From Minisyncoccia bacterium (GTDB taxonomy: Bacteria > Patescibacteriota > Minisyncoccia > Phycocordibacterales > Phycocordibacteraceae): DNA of 64,000 nucleotides. Location of the stretch: the NCBI GenBank assembly GCA_038212075.1, contig JBBQUV010000005.1:9984-73983 (forward strand), in the 5' to 3' direction. This document shows positions 45,931-54,998 of the stretch, piece after piece. How positions within the stretch are numbered: the first letter of the stretch is position 1; every line of letters begins with the position of its first letter. A model generated the notes under the pieces. It had not been told where the DNA came from, made no database searches, and saw nothing but the letters and a program-made list of their open reading frames with translations. The position numbers and the translations under genes are program-made.

Positions 45931-45956
45931 GCGAGCTGTGGATAACTATTTCTAAT

Positions 45957-45990
45957 GAAAAACCCGCTTTACAGCGGGTTTTTCATTTTT
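45957..45990. terminator. bidirectional rho-independent terminator shared by the RNR gene (+) and rnpB (-)
   Basis: AAAAACCCGCTTTACAGCGGGTTTTTCATTTTTT: A-tract 5' and T-tract 3' of a 9-bp stem. Confidence 0.75.
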
Positions 45991-46342
45991 TGACCGGATT
46001 ATAAGCCGAATTCTGTCGCGCACTTTCCGTGCGGGACGGTTATCTATCTGGGCTTGCGATTACTCGCAAGCTCGAGCGGCGCTCCCCTTACGGGGCACGG
46101 CCTTGCACGAAGGTAAGGATTTAGCCGTTTCACTTCTTTGGTCACCCAAAGAATTCATCTCACTTCCCTTTCGGTTTTTGAGATGTTCCATCGCTTTCGC
46201 TTGGAACGTCACTGCTCGCACCTCGCGCCTTACGGCGGACGGGCGTTACCCGCTACCGGACTCCAAGCGTTTACACGCTTGGTCGTGTTCGGACTTTCCT
46301 CTATGCGTAGTAAAACACATAGCAACCGTCAAATCCGGTCAA
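45990..46342 (-). ncRNA. rnpB: RNase P RNA (bacterial type A)
   Basis: minus-strand P4 strands GAGGAAAGUCCGAACAC and ACAGAAUUCGGCUUAUAAUCCGGUC; GGUAACGCC; perfect 9-bp P1 between GACCGGAUU (46340-46332) and AAUCCGGUC (46000-45992); about 350 nt. Confidence 0.85.
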
Positions 46343-46346
46343 GGAT

Positions 46347-46375
46347 AATATACCACAAAAACACTATCTACACAA
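46347..46375 (-). promoter_or_regulatory. rnpB promoter TTGTGT-N17-TATATT (minus strand), -10 ends about 7 nt before the P1 5' end
   Basis: plus-strand ACACAA 46370-46375 and AATATA 46347-46352. Confidence 0.45.
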
Positions 46376-46449
46376 TTCTCTTTCCTGCTTGCAAACAGAG
46401 GGGGTATACTTTGTAGGCATTACCAGCAGGGCGCATTTATTTTTTTAGT

Positions 46450-48843
46450 ATGGATACTACGGCATCTTCACAAAAACTCTCATTCGATACGATTGCGGCA
46501 TGGGCGCTTGGCATTACGCTTGTTGCCGCCGCCGTCGCATTTATTCCTTCCGCATCAATTCCATTCCTCTATACGAAAGTTTCTCTGCTTGCGGTTGGCG
46601 CAATCATCACTCTTGCGCTCTACATTCTTGCTCGCCTTACTCGCGGCAATATTATTATCCCTTCCTCAATTCTCCTTGGTGCACTGTGGTTTGTTCCACT
46701 TGCGTACCTGCTTTCAACGCTTTTTTCAGGTACCAATCTACGCACGGCATTCTTCGGTACCGAACTTGAAATAGACACTCTCGGGTTTGTTGTCCTTGCC
46801 GCCCTGCTTGGAACACTCGCCGCACTCGTGCTTCGTCGTCGTGAACACTTGAAACAGTTTTATCTCATCTCTGGTGCGATGTTCACCATCGTGCTTATCG
46901 CTGAAGTAGTTTTTGTGGTGCTTGGACAAATAATGCCAAATACCATTTCAGCAACGGCAAACGTCGTGGGTTCGTTTGAAGATCTTGGTATTTTTGTTGG
47001 ACTCTTCCTTACCACCTCTCTTCTTGGACTTCGCTTCCTCACACTTTCTTCGAAAGTCCGTCTTGGCCTTTTGATTGCTGGCCTTATCTCACTTGGGGTT
47101 CTTGCACTCGTCAACTCCTCCCTTATCTGGATTATGGTCGGTCTTGTGGCGCTCGGTCTCTTTATTGAAGCTATTATGCGCCGCACTGTACTCACTGGCG
47201 ACGAAGACTTGGAAGGTGTTGCAACGGTACCGATGGCAATGCAATCGACTAGTGAAGAAGAAACCCCTCACTCTTTGCTCACCCCACTTATTGTCCTTGT
47301 TGTATCGCTTTTCTTCCTTATTGGCGGTTCCACCATTGGTAACGCACTTTCTGGCGCGCTTCACACAAGCGTACTTGACGTACGTCCATCATGGACAGCT
47401 ACCTTTGGTGTTGGCGGGCATACCTATGCCGCTTCACCGGTCTTTGGAACAGGCCCTGGTTCGTTTGCGGGACAGTGGACGAAGTTCCGTGATCGCTCTA
47501 TTAACGATACACCCTTTTGGAATATTGATTTCACTTCGGGTATTGGGTACATACCTACCTCGGTGGTAACGACGGGTGCTGTCGGCGCTATCGCTTGGCT
47601 CGTGTTCTTCGGACTCTTCCTCGTTCTTGGTGTTCGATTCCTCTTAATGCGCGCACCAAGTGAATCCTTCGCGCGCTTCGTATCACTCTCGTCATTTGTG
47701 GGCACAGTGTACCTCTTCGCCCTCTGTGTTCTTACGGTGCCAGGTCCAGTCCCTGTTGCTCTCGCATTTATTCTTGCTGGAGTATTCGTTTCTTCAATGC
47801 GTTACGGTGTTGATGCTCGTGAATGGGGAGTCGCCTTCTCGCGAAGTCCGCGTGTTGGATTCTTGATTGTGTTTGGCCTCACCATTATCTTGCTGTCATC
47901 GGTTTTCGGTATCTATGTGGTGGTAGAACGTTACCTTGCCAATGTCTCGTACACACAAGCATCAAATGCCCTTGCTCAAGGGAATATTGTGCTCGCAAAA
48001 ACAGACATCGCGCGCGCTATTCTCTTTGCGCCATCTGATCGCGCGTACCGTCTTTCAAGCGCCGCTGGTGTGGCTCGCTTGAATCAGATTGCAAGCGACA
48101 CGAGTCTTACGGCCGATCAGGCACGCACAGACTTCCAGACAACGCTTTCAACCGCAGTTTCGGATGCGCTCACTGCTACTCAGCTTGGATCAAATGACTA
48201 TCAGAACTGGGCGGCGCTCGGGTCGGTGTACAGCTCGGTTGTTCCGCTTGGCATTCAAGGTTCCTACGATAACGCAAAGAGTGCGTACGAACATGCCGCA
48301 ACACTCAACCCAACAAACCCGTTGATTCCTTTTGTGCTTGCACAGCTTGCAATCGCAAACAAGGACGGTGCTACGGCAGAAACTAAGCTTACCGAGGCCA
48401 TCAGCTTGAAACACGATTACACGCAAGCGATCTTCCTTCTTTCTCAGCTTGAAGTGCAAATGGGTAAGGCAAAGGAAGCACTCCTAGCGGCAGAAGCGGC
48501 GGCATACTTTGCGCCATCAGATTCCGTGGTGCTTTTCCAGGTTGGACTTCTTCGTCTTGGAACAGGTGACACCGATGGTGCCATTTCGGCACTCGTAAGT
48601 GCAACGAAGGCAAATCCTCAGTACGCAAATGCTCACTTCTATCTTGCTGTGGCGCTTGCGACTAAGAAGGATTATGTCGATGCGGCAAAAGAATTGCAGA
48701 GTGTAGCCGACCTTTCTCCGGAGAATGCCGCGGCAGTGAAGTCGTACATTGACGCTCTTACTGCAGGTAAGAATCCGTTTCCAGCAACAACGTTCGCAAA
48801 GCCGGTAGCAGAACCGGTAACCTCGGCCACTCCGGCGAAGTAA
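46450..48843 (+). CDS. O-antigen-ligase-like (Wzy_C-type) polytopic membrane protein with C-terminal TPR repeats
   Basis: 797 aa; about 12 TM with a large extracytoplasmic loop; C-terminal 300 aa are TPR-like (AYEHAATLNP.., ANAHFYLAVALATKKDYVDAAKEL). Confidence 0.55.
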   Translation: MDTTASSQKLSFDTIAAWALGITLVAAAVAFIPSASIPFLYTKVSLLAVGAIITLALYILARLTRGNIIIPSSILLGALWFVPLAYLLSTLFSGTNLRTAFFGTELEIDTLGFVVLAALLGTLAALVLRRREHLKQFYLISGAMFTIVLIAEVVFVVLGQIMPNTISATANVVGSFEDLGIFVGLFLTTSLLGLRFLTLSSKVRLGLLIAGLISLGVLALVNSSLIWIMVGLVALGLFIEAIMRRTVLTGDEDLEGVATVPMAMQSTSEEETPHSLLTPLIVLVVSLFFLIGGSTIGNALSGALHTSVLDVRPSWTATFGVGGHTYAASPVFGTGPGSFAGQWTKFRDRSINDTPFWNIDFTSGIGYIPTSVVTTGAVGAIAWLVFFGLFLVLGVRFLLMRAPSESFARFVSLSSFVGTVYLFALCVLTVPGPVPVALAFILAGVFVSSMRYGVDAREWGVAFSRSPRVGFLIVFGLTIILLSSVFGIYVVVERYLANVSYTQASNALAQGNIVLAKTDIARAILFAPSDRAYRLSSAAGVARLNQIASDTSLTADQARTDFQTTLSTAVSDALTATQLGSNDYQNWAALGSVYSSVVPLGIQGSYDNAKSAYEHAATLNPTNPLIPFVLAQLAIANKDGATAETKLTEAISLKHDYTQAIFLLSQLEVQMGKAKEALLAAEAAAYFAPSDSVVLFQVGLLRLGTGDTDGAISALVSATKANPQYANAHFYLAVALATKKDYVDAAKELQSVADLSPENAAAVKSYIDALTAGKNPFPATTFAKPVAEPVTSATPAK

Positions 48844-48852
48844 TCACTACGT

Positions 48853-50511
48853 ATGGTCGGGCGAATACTGCGCACGCTTACGGAACCCGTACGCGGCCTC
48901 CATGAGGCCGCGTACGTGCTTGCCGCACTTACGCTTGCTTCCCAAATTCTTGCGCTTTTGCGTGACCGTCTATTCGCTCACAATTTCGGTGCGAGTGAGA
49001 CACTTGATATCTACTACGCGGCGTTTCGTGTACCAGACTTAGTGTTTGCACTTGTTGCTTCACTTGTGTCAGCGTACGTTCTTATCCCGCGTATTGCCGG
49101 TTCGTCCCACAATGACGCGAAACGACTGATAGCGGAAACAACATCGTTTCTTATTATTGCGGGCGGTGTTGTCTCGTTTGTGCTTGCAGTGTTTGCACCG
49201 TTCTTCCTGTTTTTGCTTTTTCCTGGGTTTGCGCATTCAACACACGCAACAGAGTTTGTGTGGCTCGCACGGCTTCTGCTTGTGCAACCAATTCTGCTTG
49301 GGCTTTCGTCGATTGCGACATCGGTAACCCAAGTGCACAGGCGGTTTTTCTTGTTCGCACTCTCACCGGTGCTCTATAACCTTGGTATTATCGGTGGCGT
49401 TGTTTTCTTGTATCCACTGTTTGGACTTCTTGGTATTGGCATTGGTGTGGTGGTGGGCGCATGTTTGCATCTGTTGATTCAGGTGCCCACCCTCATTCAT
49501 GCAAAACTATTCCCACGGTTTGTTATCCCTTCACTACCCCGGATGTGGAGTGTCATGAAAGACTCTATGCCACGCTCGCTCGCCCTTGGCATGGGTTCGT
49601 TTGTAACGCTTGCCCTTACTGCACTTATCGCACGAGAAGGTGAGGGAAGTATTTCCATCTTCACGCTCGCGGCAAATCTTGAAGCAGTACCGCTTGCACT
49701 TATTGGCGCATCGTATGCGACGGCGGCATTTCCTGCACTTGCCGAACACGCAGGAAAAAAAGATGCGCCTGCGTTCATCGCGACACTCACTACTGCTGGC
49801 CGGCACCTTATTTTCTGGTCGTCAGTTATTTCTGTGCTTACCATTGTTCTGCGCGCACACATTGTGCGCGTTATTCTTGGCTCAGGTGCGTTTGACTGGG
49901 ACGCTACGCGACTTGCCGCCGCAGTGCTCGCAATTCTATCGATTGCGCTTGTTGCGCAAGGTATTATTTTGCTCGCTTCTCGCGCATTTTACGCGGCACA
50001 CCGTTCGTGGAATCCACTCGTTATTCAAGGTATTGGAGCGATGGTATCTGTCACGGGAGCGCTTACCATGCTTTCGGTATCGGCTACCCACCCACTCGTG
50101 CGTTTTTTCATAGAATCACTTTTCCGTGTTTCGGATATTTCAGGAACAGGCGTGCTTATGGTTGCACTTGGCGCAACCCTTGGCCAGCTCGTGATGGCAG
50201 TGTGCGCGCTGTTCACTCTTCGCACGGTTGCGGTAGGTGTGGCAGGGAATTTGCTTCGGCCGCTTCTTGAAGGACTCGGCGCGGCAATTATTGGTGGCAG
50301 TGCGGCATACGGCGTGCTCGCATTTCTTGGAAATTTGGCGCCACTCACCACACTTGTCTCCGTCTTCACGGAAGCCTTCATTGCTGGTATGGTTGGTCTC
50401 ATCGCCTCTGCGGCGGTTCTTCTTTTACTGGAGAACAAGGAATTTAAAGACGTGTACCGTGCCCTTCACGGCATGCGTACCCGTCTTCTTCCACCGCAGT
50501 CGGAATTCTAA
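48853..50511 (+). CDS. murJ: lipid II flippase MurJ (MviN)
   Basis: 552 aa; 14 TM; N-terminal LLRDRLFAHNFGASETLDIYYAAFRVPDLVF MurJ signature. Confidence 0.8.
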   Translation: MVGRILRTLTEPVRGLHEAAYVLAALTLASQILALLRDRLFAHNFGASETLDIYYAAFRVPDLVFALVASLVSAYVLIPRIAGSSHNDAKRLIAETTSFLIIAGGVVSFVLAVFAPFFLFLLFPGFAHSTHATEFVWLARLLLVQPILLGLSSIATSVTQVHRRFFLFALSPVLYNLGIIGGVVFLYPLFGLLGIGIGVVVGACLHLLIQVPTLIHAKLFPRFVIPSLPRMWSVMKDSMPRSLALGMGSFVTLALTALIAREGEGSISIFTLAANLEAVPLALIGASYATAAFPALAEHAGKKDAPAFIATLTTAGRHLIFWSSVISVLTIVLRAHIVRVILGSGAFDWDATRLAAAVLAILSIALVAQGIILLASRAFYAAHRSWNPLVIQGIGAMVSVTGALTMLSVSATHPLVRFFIESLFRVSDISGTGVLMVALGATLGQLVMAVCALFTLRTVAVGVAGNLLRPLLEGLGAAIIGGSAAYGVLAFLGNLAPLTTLVSVFTEAFIAGMVGLIASAAVLLLLENKEFKDVYRALHGMRTRLLPPQSEF

Positions 50512-52310
50512 TGACCGACCGCATACGAAACTTTTCTATCATCGCGCATATTGACCACGGCAAGTCGACGCTTGCCGACCGTATGCTTGAGCGAACCGGT
50601 ACCATTGAGGCGCGCAAAATGCGTGATCAAGTGCTGGACAAAATGGACTTGGAGCGTGAGCGTGGAATCACTATAAAAATGCAGCCGGTTCGCATGAAGT
50701 ATAAAAATGCGAGCGGAGACTATATTTTTAACCTTATTGACACTCCGGGACACATTGATTTTTCATATGAAGTCTCGCGTGCATTAAAGGCAGTGGAGGG
50801 TGTGGTTTTGCTTGTGGATTCTACGCAGGGCGTGCAAGCACAAACACTCACCACGCTTTCTATGGCACAGGCCGCCGGATGCACTATTATCCCGGTAGTT
50901 TCAAAAATAGATTCGCCGGCGGCGCGCATCGATGAAGTGAAAGAAGAGCTCGCAACCCTTCTTGGTGTTTCGCCCGACACCGTACACGCCGTTTCTGGTC
51001 GTACCGGTGCCGGCGTGGACGAACTTTTAGAAGCCATCGTTCTTGACGTTCCACCTCCGCGCGTGAGTGAATCAACAGGGGAGCCACGCGGACTTATTTT
51101 CGATTTCTCATATTCAACACATCGCGGCGTCGCGGTATATATGCGCGTATTTGACGGTGTGTTTAAGAAAGGGCAAGCACTCACCTTTAGTGCCGCAGAT
51201 AAAGAATTTATCGCTCTTGAGTGCGGGGTGTTTATGCCCGAAGAAACCCCTTCCGAGACCCTCTCTGCGGGCGAAATTGGCTACGTGGTAACGGGGGTGA
51301 AGGAAGCTGGTGTGGTGGGTGTCGGAGACACTATAGGGCTCGCTAAAGGGAGTTTGGGCGCCCTGCACGGCTATGAGCGCCCACGCCCGGTGGTGTGGGC
51401 ATCGGTATATCCGGAAAGCCAAGACGACCTCCCCCTTTTGCGCCAATCACTTGAACGCCTCCGACTCTCCGACTCGTCGCTTTCATTTGAAGAAGAGTCG
51501 TCTGGAGTGCTTGGGCGTGGTTTCCGGTGTGGCTTTTTGGGACTGCTCCACCTTGAAATAATTACGGAACGGTTGCGTCGAGAATTTAATTTGTCGCTTA
51601 TCGTTACGATTCCAACCATTTCGTATACCGTTACCACCAAAGACGGTCAGCGTCGCACTATTTACACCCCGTCAAAATTTCCGGAATACGGTGACATTAC
51701 TCAGATTGAAGAACCGTGGGTTCGAGTAATAATCCTTACGCCATCCGACACTCTTTCGGGGCTTATTCAAATGCTGTATGACCACGAAGCAGAAACGAAA
51801 GGAACGGAGACGCACAAAGACGGACGGGTAGAACTGACGGTTGAGATGCCGTTGCGGGAACTCATGCGTGGGTTTTTTGATAAATTGAAAAACGTTTCGT
51901 CCGGCTATGCCAGTCTTTCGTATGAATTTCTTGATGAACGTCCTGCAGACGTTGTGCGTCTTGATATTCTGGTTGCCGAAGAACCGGTACCAGCATTCGC
52001 GCGGGTGATTTCGCGCCGTCGATTGGAAATGGAAGCAGAAAAAATGGTGGAACGACTTCATGGCGTGCTTCCTAAACAGCAGTTTGTGACGAAAATCCAA
52101 GCGCAGTCACTCGGACGTATTGTTTCGTCGCGTACGCTTTCGGCAATGCGCAAAGATGTGACGGGATACTTGTATGGTGGCGACGTATCGCGAAAAATGA
52201 AGCTTTTGCAGAAACAGAAGCGCGGTAAAAAGAAACTGCTTGAGCACGGAACGGGGAAGGTACATATTCCCGGAGAAGTGTTTATGAAGATGGTGCAAGA
52301 GTCTTCCTAG
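50511..52310 (+). CDS. lepA: elongation factor 4 (LepA)
   Basis: 599 aa; IRNFSIIAHIDHGKSTLADR; DTPGHIDF; LepA C-terminal domain; TAATG overlap with murJ. Confidence 0.9.
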   Translation: MTDRIRNFSIIAHIDHGKSTLADRMLERTGTIEARKMRDQVLDKMDLERERGITIKMQPVRMKYKNASGDYIFNLIDTPGHIDFSYEVSRALKAVEGVVLLVDSTQGVQAQTLTTLSMAQAAGCTIIPVVSKIDSPAARIDEVKEELATLLGVSPDTVHAVSGRTGAGVDELLEAIVLDVPPPRVSESTGEPRGLIFDFSYSTHRGVAVYMRVFDGVFKKGQALTFSAADKEFIALECGVFMPEETPSETLSAGEIGYVVTGVKEAGVVGVGDTIGLAKGSLGALHGYERPRPVVWASVYPESQDDLPLLRQSLERLRLSDSSLSFEEESSGVLGRGFRCGFLGLLHLEIITERLRREFNLSLIVTIPTISYTVTTKDGQRRTIYTPSKFPEYGDITQIEEPWVRVIILTPSDTLSGLIQMLYDHEAETKGTETHKDGRVELTVEMPLRELMRGFFDKLKNVSSGYASLSYEFLDERPADVVRLDILVAEEPVPAFARVISRRRLEMEAEKMVERLHGVLPKQQFVTKIQAQSLGRIVSSRTLSAMRKDVTGYLYGGDVSRKMKLLQKQKRGKKKLLEHGTGKVHIPGEVFMKMVQESS

Positions 52311-52349
52311 TCTTCTGCACCTGCCTTATTGTTGGTTTTGCCTCGCTGG

Positions 52350-52355
52350 TATACT
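52350..52355 (+). promoter_or_regulatory. -10 element TATACT 6 nt upstream of ATG 52362; putative leaderless transcript
   Basis: TATACT 52350-52355. Confidence 0.3.
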
Positions 52356-52361
52356 GCAACG

Positions 52362-52715
52362 ATGGCACGCGTCCGTCGTCAAACCTCTATTCGTGAGATT
52401 GTTTCTGCGGCGTTTTTTACGCTTGGTATCATTTGGCTCGTCTATCTTTTGTGGGGTATCGTAGACAAGGAAGAACGCGCGAGAACGAGCGTGGGAGATA
52501 CGAAAGCAGAACTTGATTCACTTGTCGCACGCCAAACTACACTCGCGGCAGATTTAAACGCACTTGATACCCCGCGCGGGAAAGAGGCGGCCGTGCGCGA
52601 AACGCTTGGAGTTGCGAAGGAAGGTGAAGAAGTGATCATTGTTGTACCGCAGACGGCGCCCACCACTACCCCCACAGTGCCGACGTGGTGGGAACGCCTG
52701 TTGAATTGGTTCTAA
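52362..52715 (+). CDS. septum-formation-initiator-like (FtsB/DivIC family) small membrane protein
   Basis: 117 aa from ATG 52362 (ORF track uses TTG 52329); N-terminal TM, coiled-coil, then RETLGVAKEGEEVIIV block typical of DivIC/FtsB. Confidence 0.4.
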   Translation: MARVRRQTSIREIVSAAFFTLGIIWLVYLLWGIVDKEERARTSVGDTKAELDSLVARQTTLAADLNALDTPRGKEAAVRETLGVAKEGEEVIIVVPQTAPTTTPTVPTWWERLLNWF

Positions 52716-52786
52716 GCGGATATAGTTTAGTGGTAGAACTAGTGCTTCCCAAGCATTGGGCGGGAGTTCGATTCTCCCTATCCGCA
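52716..52786 (+). tRNA. tRNA-Gly (anticodon CCC)
   Basis: acceptor GCGGATA/TATCCGC; anticodon stem AGTGC/GCATT with loop TTCCCAA; T-arm GGGAG-TTCGATT-CTCCC; 71 nt. Confidence 0.8.
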
Positions 52787-52855
52787 CATTCTAGTGCTAG
52801 TTCAAGAGACCGAGATGCCGAGTCGGCAATCTCCCCCGAAGCTCGTTTTCTAGGT

Positions 52856-52861
52856 TATAAT
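52856..52861 (+). promoter_or_regulatory. -10 element TATAAT 8 nt upstream of ATG 52870; putative leaderless transcript
   Basis: TATAAT 52856-52861, no SD. Confidence 0.3.
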
Positions 52862-52869
52862 TTGGTCTC

Positions 52870-53937
52870 ATGTCACACGAAGGGATCCCGATAGCGCCCA
52901 CATCAAAATCACCGGAGGTATCGGATGGAATCTCTCCAGCGATAGAGCAGTCCAAGACATCTGTTGGAGCGATACAGGAGCAGGGCAGAGAAAGAGGAAT
53001 TCCGGCAACCGAACTTGCAGCTCTTGACGCCCTTGCGCTCGCTGCCGCACGAGAACGGCTCGGTTTAACCACCCAAGAACCGACAGCAGAGGCGCTAGAA
53101 AAAGTAAAGCAAGCCACCGAAGAAGCTGATCCGACGACCTATTCGCAACTTTCCCCCGCAGATTCTTTCGAGCAGGTGGGTGTTGCTAATGGTGGAAACA
53201 AAATCGTTGCGGCCGAAGGGGTACGATATATCAATATAAACCAATACCCTGAACGACAAGAAGCAGTTGTTCGGATGTTGAAAGGGATTATGAATGTCTC
53301 AGATATTGTGAAAGTCAACAATGGTGAGAATCCGCCAATCTACTATTCGAAGGAAATGCCCATCGATCGCGTGCAACAAGAAACCTCTCTCGAAGAAACA
53401 CAAGCCGATCACTTTATCCTCAAACAAGTATTCGGGGACTTTGATCACAAATTCTCTGCAGAAAAGATAAATAATACTGAACGCCGGGATGGTCGCTCAA
53501 TCCATTACGATTTTGGAAACGCTAATCCTATGAATATGGATGATGCGATGTACTCGTTTAAGTTGCTAGAGAAGGATATCGCGACTCTTTCAACTGAAGA
53601 GACGGGTGTAGTCCTACAGAAGCTCGATGCGCTCCAGAAGCGTTTTGCAGGAGCGGATAGCGAACGATTTATCAGTTCGATAATTAAGGCGTCGGGGATG
53701 GAGCCAATCAAGCTGTTTGGCCTCTACGATTTTGAAGTTGCGGATATCCTTGAAAAGACAGGAGCCAAGACCGTGGACTCAGGCGCAGTACAGAAACGCA
53801 TTCTTAATCGGATAGATACCGTCAGAAAATCCATTTCTGAATTCGTGCCGCCTCCATCGTCTTCGGAAAAGACGATCGACGATGAATTGCCTCCACCTCT
53901 GCCTGAAGACGAAGAATTACCGCCCCCGCTTCCCTAA
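52870..53937 (+). CDS. hypothetical protein (355 aa, no signal peptide) with C-terminal tail DDELPPPLPEDEELPPPLP
   Basis: no recognised domain; C-terminal acidic PPPLP repeats like the protein at 36446-38359. Confidence 0.5.
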   Translation: MSHEGIPIAPTSKSPEVSDGISPAIEQSKTSVGAIQEQGRERGIPATELAALDALALAAARERLGLTTQEPTAEALEKVKQATEEADPTTYSQLSPADSFEQVGVANGGNKIVAAEGVRYININQYPERQEAVVRMLKGIMNVSDIVKVNNGENPPIYYSKEMPIDRVQQETSLEETQADHFILKQVFGDFDHKFSAEKINNTERRDGRSIHYDFGNANPMNMDDAMYSFKLLEKDIATLSTEETGVVLQKLDALQKRFAGADSERFISSIIKASGMEPIKLFGLYDFEVADILEKTGAKTVDSGAVQKRILNRIDTVRKSISEFVPPPSSSEKTIDDELPPPLPEDEELPPPLP

Positions 53938-54104
53938 GTTAGCCGTCTATCGATGCCTAGACCGAGAGGCCCTGGCTTGTCTTACCAAAATCGACCAAAG
54001 AACCCTTGAAGCGCCTCACTCCATACAGTTCACGACCGAGTTGGGGCACAAAAAGTTATCCACATACCCCTCGTGCTATACTCGTCCTATAAAAGAAAAC
54101 AACT

Positions 54105-54347
54105 ATGGATAAGAACGTAACCATCTACAGCACACCGACCTGCCACTTTTGCCAAATGAGCAAAGAATTCTTTACTGCAAATGGCGTAACGTACACCGAA
54201 CATAATGTTGCTTCTGATCTTGAAAAGCGACAGGAAATGATCAAAAAATCTGGGCAAATGGGCGTGCCGGTTATCTTTGTGGGGGAAGAAATGATTGTTG
54301 GATTTGATAAAGAAAAACTTTCGTCACTTCTTGGAGTGAAGGCATAA
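54105..54347 (+). CDS. glutaredoxin-like protein (NrdH/Grx family)
   Basis: 80 aa; CHFC active site in YSTPTCHFCQMSKEFF; GVPVIFVGEEMIVGFD. Confidence 0.75.
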   Translation: MDKNVTIYSTPTCHFCQMSKEFFTANGVTYTEHNVASDLEKRQEMIKKSGQMGVPVIFVGEEMIVGFDKEKLSSLLGVKA

Positions 54348-54356
54348 GAGGACACA

Positions 54357-54386
54357 CAAAACCGCCCGAAAGGGCGGTTTTGTGTT
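54357..54386 (+). terminator. rho-independent terminator after the glutaredoxin gene
   Basis: AAAACCGCCCGAAAGGGCGGTTTTGTGTT. Confidence 0.7.
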
Positions 54387-54412
54387 AGGCTCGTTGTGTT
54401 CGCTTCGTTCTT

Positions 54413-54484
54413 GCTCCCGTAGTTCAATGGATAGAACGGCTCACTCCTAACGAGCTGATCCCTGTTCGACTCAGGGCGGGAGCA
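54413..54484 (+). tRNA. tRNA-Arg (anticodon CCT)
   Basis: acceptor GCTCCCG/CGGGAGC; D-arm GTTC..GAAC; anticodon loop CTCCTAA (A31-C39 mismatch); T-arm CCCTG-TTCGACT-CAGGG; 72 nt. Confidence 0.75.
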
Positions 54485-54491
54485 CAGAGTC

Positions 54492-54770
54492 TTGTGCGGT
54501 ATACTTACAGAAATGGATCCAGAATTGAAAAAACTTTTTGAAGAGAATTTGCAAGTGGCAAAGGAGAATAACGCCTTGCTAAAAGGAATGAGGACGCGAG
54601 CTCGCTGGAGTACTGCGATAACGGTCATTTTTTATGTTGTGGTACTTATCGTACCGCTCTTCTTTATTCAGCCATTTTTGGAGCAGGTACGGGGAGCAAT
54701 GGGGAACCCTGGCCAAGGTAGTTCTGGAGGGGGAAATATATTCCAGCAATACCAAGATTTGCTGAAGTGA
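54492..54770 (+). CDS. hypothetical small membrane protein (start may be Met at 54513)
   Basis: 92-aa ORF; one TM (ITVIFYVVVLIVPLFFI); Gly-rich C-terminus. Confidence 0.35.
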   Translation: MCGILTEMDPELKKLFEENLQVAKENNALLKGMRTRARWSTAITVIFYVVVLIVPLFFIQPFLEQVRGAMGNPGQGSSGGGNIFQQYQDLLK

Positions 54771-54804
54771 ACAAAAAAACGGGTTGTGATAGGATGGGCG
54801 GAAC

Positions 54805-54877
54805 GCTTGGATAGCTCAGTTGGTAGAGCACTTCCCTGAAGAGGAAGGGGTCGGCGGTTCGAGCCCGCCTCCAAGCA
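54805..54877 (+). tRNA. tRNA-Phe (anticodon GAA)
   Basis: acceptor GCTTGGA/TCCAAGC; D-arm GCTC-AGTTGGTA-GAGC; anticodon stem CTTCC/GGAAG with loop CTGAAGA; T-arm GGCGG-TTCGAGC-CCGCC; 73 nt. Confidence 0.9.
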
Positions 54878-54986
54878 CATTGAACGCAGTGAAAGTGCGG
54901 GAAGAGGCTGGCATGCGCCAGTCTCGCGGCGGGCTCGAATGCCGGAGCGATGATTTCCGAGCCCTCTCCATAACACCTGAATACGC

Positions 54987-54992
54987 TATAGT
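54987..54992 (+). promoter_or_regulatory. -10 element TATAGT 6 nt upstream of ATG 54999; putative leaderless transcript
   Basis: TATAGT 54987-54992. Confidence 0.3.
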
Positions 54993-54998
54993 GTAGTG

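Noticed and set aside
52685-52894. 69-aa plus-strand ORF
   Set aside because: It runs straight through the tRNA-Gly gene.
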